Source: Candidatus Uhrbacteria bacterium
GTDB taxonomy: Bacteria; Patescibacteriota; Patescibacteriia; GWA2-47-26
Assembly (NCBI GenBank): GCA_016187515.1
Contig: JACPJN010000009.1
Location: forward strand, 4,891 to 68,890
Direction of reading: 5' to 3'
DNA length: 64,000 bases
Shown: piece after piece, positions 30,050-39,144 of the stretch
Position numbering within the stretch: the first letter of the stretch is position 1
Layout of the letters: each line of letters starts with the position of its first letter
Program-made: the position numbers and the translations under genes
The notes under the pieces: generated by a model
What the model was told of the DNA's origin: nothing
Database searches by the model: none
Seen by the model: only the letters and a program-made list of their open reading frames with translations

Positions 30050-30514
30050 TTAGTTTCGTCCGATTTCCGTGATCACATGATTCACTAATGTATCATTATC
30101 CTTAAAATAAAACGCGCCCTCAAAATTATTACCCTGTAAAAGAAGCGGCAGCCAATAACGATCATCTTTCCACATTTGATCAAACGGAATCTCGCGGTGC
30201 GTAAACCAACGCGGTTCCATCTCGCCGGTCTCACGCGGCTCACCTTTAAACTCCTGCGCGGAAAATACATGCACTTGCAAAAGTTCCGGATGTGTCGCAA
30301 TTTCAAAATCAAGCACCCCGCGATGCTGTACATCACGCGGCATAATCCCGGCCTCCTCTTTAACTTCTCGCACTGCGGCATCCGCAATCGCCTCCCCATC
30401 CTCCACATGTCCTCCAAACCCATTCCAAAATCCGGTCCCAAGCCCGCGCTTTTTCCGCCCCAGCAAAATGTGGGTGTCGTTATAAATCATGCACAAGGTA
30501 AGTATGGTTTTCAT
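30050..30514 (-). CDS. Nudix hydrolase
   Basis: Nudix box GGHVEDGEAIADAAVREVKEEAGI. Confidence 0.75.
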   Translation of the reverse strand: MKTILTLCMIYNDTHILLGRKKRGLGTGFWNGFGGHVEDGEAIADAAVREVKEEAGIMPRDVQHRGVLDFEIATHPELLQVHVFSAQEFKGEPRETGEMEPRWFTHREIPFDQMWKDDRYWLPLLLQGNNFEGAFYFKDNDTLVNHVITEIGRN

Positions 30515-30552
30515 ATCCTCCCCGTGTTCAAAATTTCCTTGAAATAAGAATC

Positions 30553-30912
30553 CTAATCCGTAAGATTATCCAACTCCTCACGACTAAACCAGCGATATTC
30601 GTCATGATCGCCATCAAGTGCCGGCTCGCCTTCAATTTTCCCCACATAGGTCAATCGCACCACATGTCGGCCCGGCACCCGCAAAATATCTTGTGCCGCT
30701 ACCAACCGTGGCTCACCCACCAAATCAAGCCCCACCTCTTCCTTAATTTCACGCTTCAAATTCTCCAAAAGTGTCGTACCCGGTTCAATCCGCCCGCCCA
30801 CAATATCCCATTTTGCCCCGACCTCCGGATATTTTTCCGAAGAACGCCGTACCAAAAGATATTTCCCTTCCTTATTTTGCAACAATGCTTTTACGCCAAC
30901 TTGCAGTTCCAT
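30553..30912 (-). CDS. Nudix hydrolase
   Basis: Nudix box GGRIEPGTTLLENLKREIKEEVGL. Confidence 0.75.
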   Translation of the reverse strand: MELQVGVKALLQNKEGKYLLVRRSSEKYPEVGAKWDIVGGRIEPGTTLLENLKREIKEEVGLDLVGEPRLVAAQDILRVPGRHVVRLTYVGKIEGEPALDGDHDEYRWFSREELDNLTD

Positions 30913-30936
30913 AATGTTCTATGCTATAATTTTACA

Positions 30937-31160
30937 GAGCGTACCCCCACAGAGGACTTCGTCTCGAAAAGACCGGCCGTACCTTCGGGTATGGAGTAGG
31001 AAGCTAGTGGTCGCCGGTGCACCGACGGCCATGAAATTCAGAGGCAGCTCCCTTATGAGGTCTGGGTTCCACCTCTGATCGGGTAAAATGGAGATAGGGG
31101 TAAGTCCCGCCCCTCCATGGGTTCACGCTTGGCCTGGTGCGATGCACCAGGCCGTTACTT
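30937..31160 (+). ncRNA. Candidate structured small RNA of about 225 nt (unclassified)
   Basis: Extended -10 TGCTATAAT at 30922-30930. Terminal closing helix GCGUACCC (30939-30946) with GGGUUCACGC (31119-31128). 7-bp stem with UUCG tetraloop at 30977-30994. Hairpin AUGGAGAUAGGGG...CCCCUCCAU at 31088-31118. 10-bp terminator stem GGCCUGGUGC/GCACCAGGCC at 31131-31153 followed by a U-tract. No convincing ORF. Confidence 0.35.
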
Positions 31161-32012
31161 TTCCACTACAATCATTACTTTTCTCCCATTTAATACATCC
31201 CCGCCATTTCTCCCTCCGCTCGCGAGCGGAGGGATCCAATCATGCACCGCGTTCATCAGTACGGCCGGATCATACAAGTATGCTTCACCGCGCTTGGTGC
31301 CGGGATCATTAGTAATGATTTTACCATCTTTGGTCCAACCACGCACGATCAGCATATGATAGAGCGGCCCGGGCTGATGGAAGTAACGATTACCCAAAAG
31401 CTGTCCGGCCGCCGGAAGAATTACCGGCCGCCCTTGCGCTACCTCGCGTTTAATATCTTCAATCGTTGGATTATCGACTACGCGCACATTTTCATAACCA
31501 TAATACTCCCGTAAAATCCGCGCTGTCTCCGCCGCATCCGTATCTTTCCAATAGCCAAATGTCTTGGTCTCCCAGTCCGCAATCGCGTAAATCTCCTGAT
31601 CCGCGGACTCCCGAGTAAAAGTATGCCCCTTAAAAAACGCATCCACCATCATCACCGCCGCTTCCTCGCAAGCGTCTTCATGTAGCGCATCCCAATTTGC
31701 AAACGGCGCCTGGCTCGTAAACGGCACGGCTAAATTAAACTCCGCGGGCAAATCCCCCCGCGCAGAAAGTTCCATACTTGGAACTATGGAACTTTTTTGG
31801 GGAAAATCATTTTGTGGGTTTGTTGTAATAGGTGACGCCGTTTTCGCGTCGCGGATTTCCAGCGACGCCTGCATCTTCTCATGGGTCTGCGCCTCCGGCA
31901 CACCTCGCTTCTCCCACTTCTCTGCCACATACCCCGCCATTCTCCCCCGATACGCGAACGACCCCGCCGCCACTGCAATTAAAACTATCCCCGCCCAAAA
32001 ACGAAACTTCAT
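31155..32012 (-). CDS. Hypothetical secreted/membrane-anchored protein, possibly a papain/C39-like peptidase
   Basis: N-terminal hydrophobic anchor. Cys in DACEEAAVMMVDAF and a downstream His (weak resemblance to C39-like peptidases). Contains an in-frame GTTCCATA palindrome copy (KSSIVPSMEL). Confidence 0.35.
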   Translation of the reverse strand: MKFRFWAGIVLIAVAAGSFAYRGRMAGYVAEKWEKRGVPEAQTHEKMQASLEIRDAKTASPITTNPQNDFPQKSSIVPSMELSARGDLPAEFNLAVPFTSQAPFANWDALHEDACEEAAVMMVDAFFKGHTFTRESADQEIYAIADWETKTFGYWKDTDAAETARILREYYGYENVRVVDNPTIEDIKREVAQGRPVILPAAGQLLGNRYFHQPGPLYHMLIVRGWTKDGKIITNDPGTKRGEAYLYDPAVLMNAVHDWIPPLASGGRNGGDVLNGRKVMIVVEK

Positions 32013-32014
32013 AA

Positions 32015-32905
32015 CTAACGCACAATTAGTGCCACGCCAATAAGTGTTACGGCAAACAGCGCCACTTTCTTTATAACGCTTCCGCGCGCAATGTCCTCCT
32101 TAAACATATTCGGAAACCATCTTTTAAATACCAGCGCATAGAGCAAAATAAAAAATGGCTGCACCGACCCGACTCCGTGCACCAAGCTCACCGGTGCGAT
32201 TGAGATTGCATACGTTACCGCCACAAACGCTCCAAACGTAATCAGCTCCTCAATTACAAACAGATGCGCCACGCCGCGAAAACGCGCCAGGGAAAACCCC
32301 AGCTTGCGAAATGGCGAAATAATCCCGACCGTGATAAATATCACCCCCAGCGCCGAAATCAAACTCCAGGTAAATCCGGTAACCCAGTCCACCCGCTCAA
32401 ATACATACTTATAGGTTGTCGCTTCAATCGCGAGCATAAACGCGCTCAGCGCCATATACCAGAGCGACTTGCGAAAACGCAGAATTTTGCCTTTCTGCAT
32501 GGTAACTGCCGCGCTGGCGAATACCACCATAAGAAATCCGAAATATTGCATTGGTGACAAAACCTCCTTTACTGCCAGGTAAGCCAAAACCGGAATAAAC
32601 ACTTTTCCAAGTGAAAACAGAGAGCTCACGACAGAAGTGTCATCATTCTGCAGGGCGCGATAATAGGGATATAAAACCAGGAGATCCACAAAACCCACAA
32701 TTAAAAGCGCGGGGATGAGATCTGCGGGCGGTAGCGCAGGCCTTTGCCAAATAAAAATTATCGGCAGAAAAATAATACTCGCCGCCGCGCTGTAGAAATG
32801 TATGACCAGCGGATTGCGAAAGACGCGGTTGGCAAAAAAATTGTCCAATACATTCGCCGCGCCATATAAAGCCGCTGATCCAATCGCCAACAAAACCCAA
32901 GTCAT
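32015..32905 (-). CDS. Integral membrane protein (about 10 TM; DMT/EamA-like transporter candidate)
   Basis: Hydrophobicity pattern only. No diagnostic motif. Confidence 0.35.
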   Translation of the reverse strand: MTWVLLAIGSAALYGAANVLDNFFANRVFRNPLVIHFYSAAASIIFLPIIFIWQRPALPPADLIPALLIVGFVDLLVLYPYYRALQNDDTSVVSSLFSLGKVFIPVLAYLAVKEVLSPMQYFGFLMVVFASAAVTMQKGKILRFRKSLWYMALSAFMLAIEATTYKYVFERVDWVTGFTWSLISALGVIFITVGIISPFRKLGFSLARFRGVAHLFVIEELITFGAFVAVTYAISIAPVSLVHGVGSVQPFFILLYALVFKRWFPNMFKEDIARGSVIKKVALFAVTLIGVALIVR

Positions 32906-33023
32906 ATTGTAAAATGCAAATTAGACGAAATGTTACGTAGTGTAAGGAAACCTTGCGCCCGCCGCACTCGACTAAAATGTCCGAATAAATTCGTCCATTT
33001 TACGTCTCGCTTGCGGGTGTAAA

Positions 33024-34483
33024 CTATGTAACTTGCGTATCATTTTTATTCGACGCGATTGCTGCTTTACTAAAAAGTTTAAGCATGGCGTGAAGGTCAT
33101 CGCTGGTCAGGGTATGCAGGAGCAGGTGCGCGGCGGCGTATACGGCGGCGCCGGCAAGGATGGTAAATGGCCAGAAGATAAATGCTTTTAAGTAAATGAC
33201 CAGCGCCGCCATTGCCGCGACAGCAGCGAGTGTTTTTATAAGCACGCGCACGACATAGCCGGATGGCGCAAGTACGCGCGCGGCGCAGAGCATGGTCCCC
33301 AGCCACAAAAACGCGTTGGTGGAAACGGCCGCGATTGAAGCGCCAACCGCGCCATAGCGCGGAATCAGCAGGAGATTCAGTATGATGTTCGCCCCCATCG
33401 TAACGCCCATAAATGTCGTATTGATAGTTTGCCGTCCGGTGGCATTGAGCAAAGCGCCCACCGGAAAATACAGAAAAATGAATACCAGTCCGAAAATGGA
33501 AATTTGAAGGGGCAGAATGGAATTGAAAAAATCCCCGCCGTAGACCGTAAGAATAATTTCCGGCGCAAGCGAAGCAATCCCAAAGGCGATCGGCGTGGCA
33601 ATCAAAATCGCGTAAAGCAGCGCGCGGTCAAAAATCCAGCGCGCCCGGGCGCGGTCCGCGATCCAGGTATTGGAAAGCGCCGGATAAATCGCGGCCGAAA
33701 GCGCCATGGGAAAAAATTGAAAAGCATAAGTAATTTTATATGGTACGCTGTACCAGCCGACTTCCAGATCGCCGCGCATGTGCTGCAGCATCACTGTGTC
33801 AATATAGGAATACACTTTTACAAATATTCCGGCGAGCGCAAACGGAATCGCATATTTCGCGAATGTGCGCAAAAGCGCAAAATCAAAACGGGGCCGCAAG
33901 GACAGTCCTTGGCGCCCCAGAACTGTCCTTGCGTAAAGCACATTCCATAAACTTCCCAGACCAAGCGCGATTAAAAAAGCGTGTACTGGCAGGTGCAAAA
34001 TAAGCGCGATAGAACCGGCTGCCAAAGTAATCCCCTGTCCCACCACCATCCCGATCGCCTCGTATTTTAAATTTTGCAAACCGCGCAACACGCCCCAAAA
34101 AATCAAATGGAAAGCGTCCAGCATCATGACCAGTCCGGCCAGGGCAATAAGCTCTAGGGTGAGCGGCGGATGCCCCAGCAGATACGCGGCGGCAAGCACC
34201 GCGCCGTAGGCCAGAAAACTTAAAATTATTTTTATGCCAAAGACCGTTTGCAAATACTCCCGGGCGCGGTCTTTTGCGCGGGCCACTTCCCGCACCAGTA
34301 CCGGCTGAATACCCAGATCCGCGACCACGGAAAAAATCGTGGTAAAGGCAAGCGCAAACGTATATTTTCCAATGGTCTCCACGCCTAAAGCGCGCGCCAG
34401 TAGCGTAAAATAAACAAAAGACAGTAGCTTCTGTCCCACTAACGCGGAGGTAAGATAAAAGGTATTACGGGCAACCGACGGCA
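33024..34483 (-). CDS. MOP-superfamily oligosaccharide/lipid-II flippase (Wzx/MurJ-like)
   Basis: Polysacc_synt-like N-terminus LARALGVETIGKYTFALAFTTIF and 12-14 TM segments. Start trimmed to the MPSVARN Met to avoid read-through of the spacer repeat. Confidence 0.55.
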
Positions 34484-34567
34484 TATTACAAAACCACAGA
34501 AAGTGTACCACAGAAACCACAGAATTGATAGTTCTGTGTGCTCTGTGTAACAATTTCTGTGGTTCCA

Positions 34568-35200
34568 CTATCGTTTGGCCCACTGCGGGCCGCGGCGGGC
34601 GCGCTTGAGTCCCGGCTTTTTGCGCTCTTTTTCTCGCGGATCACGCGTCAGATAACCTTTGGAGCGCAATACCGGGCGCAAATTCTCATCCAGTTTAAGC
34701 AGCGCGCGGGCAATGCCCAGTCGAGTCGCCTCCGCCTGTCCGCGAATCCCCCCGCCGCGCACTTTTACGGCAATCCGCGCGGATTTTCGGACTGAAGAAA
34801 AACGAAGCGGCTGATCAATGATTTCGCGCAGCATTTCCGCGGTAAAATAATCCTTAAGCGGTTTGCCGTTCACCTCAATTTCACTTTTTCCGTCCAGGTA
34901 AAAAAATACTCGGGCAACCGCGCGCTTACGCCGCCCGGTAGCATACACATATTTAAGCGCACTGATCGGCTCCGGACTAATCGCGTCAGCAACGGTATCT
35001 TCCGGCTTTGGTATCGCGGACGCGGCCGCCTTTTGATCCGTAATTTTTCGCGCCCCGGTCTTGGCCGGCTTTTTGGGCCTCGCTTCCGGCGCGCTTCCAT
35101 CCCTAATTTTTCGCGGCCGTCCGCGCGGTCTTTTTACCGGTTGCGCTTCCGCTCCGCCGGATACCGGAGCGCTCATGGTGCCTTGTTCATCATTAGTCAT
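34568..35200 (-). CDS. rpsI: Ribosomal protein S9 with an N-terminal Lys/Ala/Pro-rich extension of about 80 aa
   Basis: S9 core YATGRRKRAVARV...ends ...GPQWAKR. The extension is low-complexity and the start is uncertain. Confidence 0.8.
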   Translation of the reverse strand: MTNDEQGTMSAPVSGGAEAQPVKRPRGRPRKIRDGSAPEARPKKPAKTGARKITDQKAAASAIPKPEDTVADAISPEPISALKYVYATGRRKRAVARVFFYLDGKSEIEVNGKPLKDYFTAEMLREIIDQPLRFSSVRKSARIAVKVRGGGIRGQAEATRLGIARALLKLDENLRPVLRSKGYLTRDPREKERKKPGLKRARRGPQWAKR

Positions 35201-35211
35201 AAAATTCCAAA

Positions 35212-35604
35212 TTATTCAATCTTGAGCCGATTCAACCGCTCGCTTTGCAGCCGATTCTTCGGCAGCATCCTCGCCACCGCATCATGCAATATTTTTCGGG
35301 GATTCTTTAAAAATAACGTGCCCCACTTGGTCTCCTTAAGTCCGCCCGGGTATCCGCTGAAATGGTAAGCAATCTTTTGATCCATCTTCCGCCCGCTAAA
35401 CCGCGCGCTCTTGATATTTTGAACAACCACATAATCGCCCTGATCATGCTCGGCCCGATAGGTACGCTTGCCTTTTCCGGTAAGCAAAGTGGCGATCTGG
35501 GAAGCCAGACGCCCGAGTTGCTTACCCGTCGCGTCAAGAGTATGTGTAGCGCGCTGGACATTATAGGTCATATAAGTCGTATCGGTCCGATTATACAAAT
35601 TCAA
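35212..35604 (-). CDS. rplM: Ribosomal protein L13
   Basis: L13 signature across 130 aa. Confidence 0.9.
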   Translation of the reverse strand: MNLYNRTDTTYMTYNVQRATHTLDATGKQLGRLASQIATLLTGKGKRTYRAEHDQGDYVVVQNIKSARFSGRKMDQKIAYHFSGYPGGLKETKWGTLFLKNPRKILHDAVARMLPKNRLQSERLNRLKIE

Positions 35605-35941
35605 TCCTCACCATTTCCGCGCCATCCCCGGCCCGCCGCGACAGCGTTAAAATTCGCGTATATCCGCCGGCCCGATTTTGATATCGCGGGCCAAGAACTT
35701 CAAAAAGTTTGCGGCGCGCGCCGTCGGTATATACTCGCGCGGCAACATAACGCTTAGCCGCGATAGTATTTTCGCGCGAGCGCGTTACCAGCCGCTCAAC
35801 TTTCGGACGCAGCGCTTTGGCTTTGGCGCGCGTGGTACTAATATGCTCATAAAGCACCAGGTTATTCACCAAACCGCGCAGCAGCGCTTCGCGCCGCCCG
35901 CGTCTCCGATCCAATACTTTGCCTTTCTTACGATGCCGCAT
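35591..35941 (-). CDS. rplQ: Ribosomal protein L17
   Basis: L17 signature LLRGLVNNLVLYEHISTTRAKAKALRP. Confidence 0.9.
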   Translation of the reverse strand: MRHRKKGKVLDRRRGRREALLRGLVNNLVLYEHISTTRAKAKALRPKVERLVTRSRENTIAAKRYVAARVYTDGARRKLFEVLGPRYQNRAGGYTRILTLSRRAGDGAEMVRIEFV

Positions 35942-35963
35942 ACCCCGTAGTAGAACCCTGTAA

Positions 35964-36764
35964 TTAAACCGCTCCCTCCTTCGCGTTTTCCGTCACGGCT
36001 TCGGCTGCCGCCGGCTCCGCCGCTTCCGCTTCCGCCGCTTCCGCCTTTTTCTTTGAAGATTTCCGGCCGGAAGTAGGTTCAATATTAACCAGCAAATTAA
36101 AGTGGTCCATAAGAATTTTGGTGGCTTGCCGCACCGCCTCGGCCGGATCAATCGTGCCGTCCGTTTCAATATTCATGGTCAAGCGGTCATAATTCGTCTT
36201 ATGACCGACGCGGACATCCTCAATCCGATAGCCGACGGAATGAACCGGCGTAAACACCGAGTCAATGGCAATCACGCCAATCTCGCGATTCTCCTCCTCG
36301 CGCTCTTCAATCGGAACATATCCCCTTCCGGGCCGCACAAAAATTTCCATGGAAAGCGAGGCATCTTTATCCGTTAAGGTCGCGATGTAGAGATCGGGGT
36401 TCGCAATCTCAACATCCGCATTGGGAGAAATGTCCCGCGCGTACACCTCTTTTGCTCCGTTGGCCGTAAGCATTAAACGAACCGACTCGCTGCCGTGCAC
36501 TTTTGGACGAAGCTGCTTAAGATTCAACAGGATCTGGACCACATCCTCTTTAACGTTGGGAATACTGGCAAACTCGTGATCCGCACCCTGGATCTTCACC
36601 GCCGTAACCGCACCGCCGGAAAGCGAAGAAAGGAGCACGCGCCGCAGCGCGTTTCCCACGGTGGTTCCATAACCCGGATGACACGGCTCCACAATAAGCG
36701 TGGCCTTTTTCTGATCCTTCTCGGGAATAAGTTCTACACGAGTGGGGAGGAGGAGTTGTTCCAT
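35964..36764 (-). CDS. rpoA: DNA-directed RNA polymerase alpha subunit, N-terminal domain only (no alpha-CTD)
   Basis: The alpha-NTD is present. The C-terminus is a low-complexity Ala/Glu tail (KKAEAAEAEAAEPAAAEA) in place of the roughly 80-aa alpha-CTD. Confidence 0.85.
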   Translation of the reverse strand: MEQLLLPTRVELIPEKDQKKATLIVEPCHPGYGTTVGNALRRVLLSSLSGGAVTAVKIQGADHEFASIPNVKEDVVQILLNLKQLRPKVHGSESVRLMLTANGAKEVYARDISPNADVEIANPDLYIATLTDKDASLSMEIFVRPGRGYVPIEEREEENREIGVIAIDSVFTPVHSVGYRIEDVRVGHKTNYDRLTMNIETDGTIDPAEAVRQATKILMDHFNLLVNIEPTSGRKSSKKKAEAAEAEAAEPAAAEAVTENAKEGAV

Positions 36765-36825
36765 ATATTGATATGTAATTAGTAATCGAGTAATTACGTA
36801 ATCACTTAGTTACTAAATTACTCAA

Positions 36826-37461
36826 TTATCGAGAATAAAATTCGATGATCCGTTTAAGGTCAATGTTTTGGGCTAAGTCCTCCGCTTGCGGAAGGGCGAT
36901 CACGCGGCCCTTCAGTCCGGCCGCCTCGCGAGTTATCCATGGCGGGGTCTCATGCTTCTCCAGCCGCGGAGTGATAATTTCCTGGAAAAACTTTTTTACC
37001 GCGCTTGCGGGCCGCACTTCAATTACATCACCCACGCGCACCCGGTACGAAGGGATATTTACGCGTTTGCCGTTCACCATAAAATGCCCGTGCGACACAT
37101 ATTCGCGCGCCTCGCCTCGGGAGCGGGCAAAACCCGTTCGAAAGGTTACATTATCCAAGCGCTGTTCAAGAAGCTGTCCGAGTAAAAGTCCGGTATCGCC
37201 GCGCCTGGCTGTGGCCCGTTTTACGTAATTTCGAAATTGCCGCTCGGCTAAACCGTAAATCAGGCGGGCTTTTTGTTTTTCCCTAAGCTGCAATCCAAAC
37301 CCGGTAAGCCGGCGCCGCATCCCGCTTTTGCCATGCACCCCGGGAGGATAGCTGCGCCGCACGGCCGCGCATTTTGGCGAATCACAACGATCGCCTTTAA
37401 GGTGCAGGCGCTCGCCGATTCGCCGCTCTTTTTTTTCCTTTGGACCTAGAGTTATACGCAT
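36826..37461 (-). CDS. rpsD: Ribosomal protein S4
   Basis: S4 N-terminal zinc-finger-like region CDSPKC and S4 domain. Confidence 0.9.
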   Translation of the reverse strand: MRITLGPKEKKERRIGERLHLKGDRCDSPKCAAVRRSYPPGVHGKSGMRRRLTGFGLQLREKQKARLIYGLAERQFRNYVKRATARRGDTGLLLGQLLEQRLDNVTFRTGFARSRGEAREYVSHGHFMVNGKRVNIPSYRVRVGDVIEVRPASAVKKFFQEIITPRLEKHETPPWITREAAGLKGRVIALPQAEDLAQNIDLKRIIEFYSR

Positions 37462-37531
37462 ATACTAGTCATCGGTTATCAGTCGTCAGTTCACTGTACT
37501 GTGAACCGTGAACTGTTGTCCGTGAACTCAA

Positions 37532-37960
37532 TTACACCCGTCGCGGCTTTGGCGCGCGCGGACCGTTATGCGGAATGGGAGTAATATCCTTGATGCCCAC
37601 GACCTGAAATCCGGCCGCGTTAAAGGTGCGGATGGCCGACTCGCGCCCGCTGCCCACGCCTTTGACAAACACAAAGACCTCGCGCATTCCATACGGCTTA
37701 ACTTTCTCCACTAAATCCCGGACAATCTGGGCCGCGGCATAAGGCGTGGCCTTTTTCGGTCCGGAAAATCCGAGGTGTCCGGCGGTTGACCAGGCCAGCA
37801 CATTGCCATTGGGATCGGCAAGCGCGATGATCGTATTATTGTAGGTGGCCTGGACATAAGCATGCCCGCGTAGAACCTGCCGACGCAATTTCTCCTTTGC
37901 GGGCGCAACTTTTTTCACCGGCGCGCTGGCTTTTTCTGAATTTTTTACATCATCCGACAT
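37532..37960 (-). CDS. rpsK: Ribosomal protein S11
   Basis: S11 core ATYNNTIIALADPNGNVLAWSTAG. Confidence 0.9.
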   Translation of the reverse strand: MSDDVKNSEKASAPVKKVAPAKEKLRRQVLRGHAYVQATYNNTIIALADPNGNVLAWSTAGHLGFSGPKKATPYAAAQIVRDLVEKVKPYGMREVFVFVKGVGSGRESAIRTFNAAGFQVVGIKDITPIPHNGPRAPKPRRV

Positions 37961-38058
37961 AATTGCTCTGTGTACGAATTAACGAATGAGTTGCGAATAC
38001 GCGAATTTGCATTTGTAGCATTTGTAGTATTCGTACAGGATTCGTAATTCGTACACAC

Positions 38059-38445
38059 TTAGGTTTTCTCCGCGGATGCTTTTCGTCCGGAACCCATGGT
38101 CTTACGGACATTGCCGCGGACGGTGCGGGAATTGGTTTTAGTGCGGCCATGTACCGGCAATCTCCGGATATGCCGGGTCCCTCGCCAGGTCCCAATCTCC
38201 TTAAGATGCTTGATGCTGCCCATTACTTCGCGGCGCAATTCCCCTTCCACCCGAAAATTCTTTTCAATGCACTCCCGCAGAATAGCGATTTCCTGTTCCG
38301 TAAGTTCTTTCGGACGCTTATTCCGGTCCAGCTTTATCTCGCCTAAAATTCGGCTGGCTCTTGAACAGCCAATGCCATAAACGTAGGTCAGCGCGACTTC
38401 CAATCTTTTTTCCGGCAGAATGACTCCGGCGATTCTAACTGGCAT
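38059..38445 (-). CDS. rpsM: Ribosomal protein S13
   Basis: MPVRIAGVILPEKRLEVALTYVYGIG. Confidence 0.9.
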   Translation of the reverse strand: MPVRIAGVILPEKRLEVALTYVYGIGCSRASRILGEIKLDRNKRPKELTEQEIAILRECIEKNFRVEGELRREVMGSIKHLKEIGTWRGTRHIRRLPVHGRTKTNSRTVRGNVRKTMGSGRKASAEKT

Positions 38446-38537
38446 ATCTTGTTGAGCGAGGCAAGCGAGACAAGTAAATTAAGCGCGACAAGCTTGTGAT
38501 TTACCTAATTTACTTGCTTTACTTGATTTACTTTCAA

Positions 38538-38651
38538 TTACCCTTGCCGCTGTTTATGTCTCGGGGTCTTGCAAATAACATACAGCCGGCGCTTGCGTCG
38601 GATAATTTTACAATCTTTACAGCGCTGCTTAATTGATGCTCTTACTTTCAT
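38538..38651 (-). CDS. rpmJ: Ribosomal protein L36 (37 aa; not in the ORF track)
   Basis: Translation [37 protein letters not shown] matches the L36 zinc-ribbon family. Lies between rpsM and infA. Confidence 0.8.
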   Translation of the reverse strand: MKVRASIKQRCKDCKIIRRKRRLYVICKTPRHKQRQG

Positions 38652-38841
38652 AGATTACCGCGCTTCAGCCGCAGGCACAAAAAATAAACACAGAATTCAC
38701 CAGAATTGCGGCGAATTCCGTGCTCACTTTGCTGTGGTTTCGAAGTACACCCCCAAATCATGCGTTTCGCCCTAATAAACGGATGTTGCCCTAGTTTATC
38801 ATAGGCGCGTATTTTAGTCAAGCGCCCCCCAGGCCTCGTCC

Positions 38842-39084
38842 TTAATATCTATATACAATGCGCCCTTTGCTTAAATCATAAGGGCTTAATTCAATCTTAA
38901 CTTTATCCCCGGGTAAAATACGAATATGGTGCATCCGCATCCTTCCGGCCAGATGAGCGATTATTTGCTGGCCGCCCTCCAGGATTGCCCGAAATTTAGC
39001 GCCCGGAAGCAGCTCATCAATCGCCCCGTTGACCACAATAAAATCCTTGGAAGAGGTGGTGGTTTTTGCAGTTGGCTTCGCCAT
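38842..39084 (-). CDS. infA: Translation initiation factor IF-1
   Basis: S1-like OB fold. 80 aa. Upstream of rpmJ-rpsM-rpsK. Confidence 0.85.
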   Translation of the reverse strand: MAKPTAKTTTSSKDFIVVNGAIDELLPGAKFRAILEGGQQIIAHLAGRMRMHHIRILPGDKVKIELSPYDLSKGRIVYRY

Positions 39085-39144
39085 GAAGATAATTACTCAA
39101 TCACTTTTATGTAGTATACCACAGGGCTTCCGGATCGGCAATAG

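Noticed and set aside
30937-31160. tmRNA, RNase P RNA, SRP RNA or a riboswitch identity for the structured intergenic RNA
   Set aside because: There is no tRNA-like acceptor or CCA end, no tag-peptide frame, no P4 AGGAAAGUCCGGGCUCC-like motif and no SRP domain-IV GGAAGCAGCC motif. Size and motifs fit none of them, so it is left unclassified.
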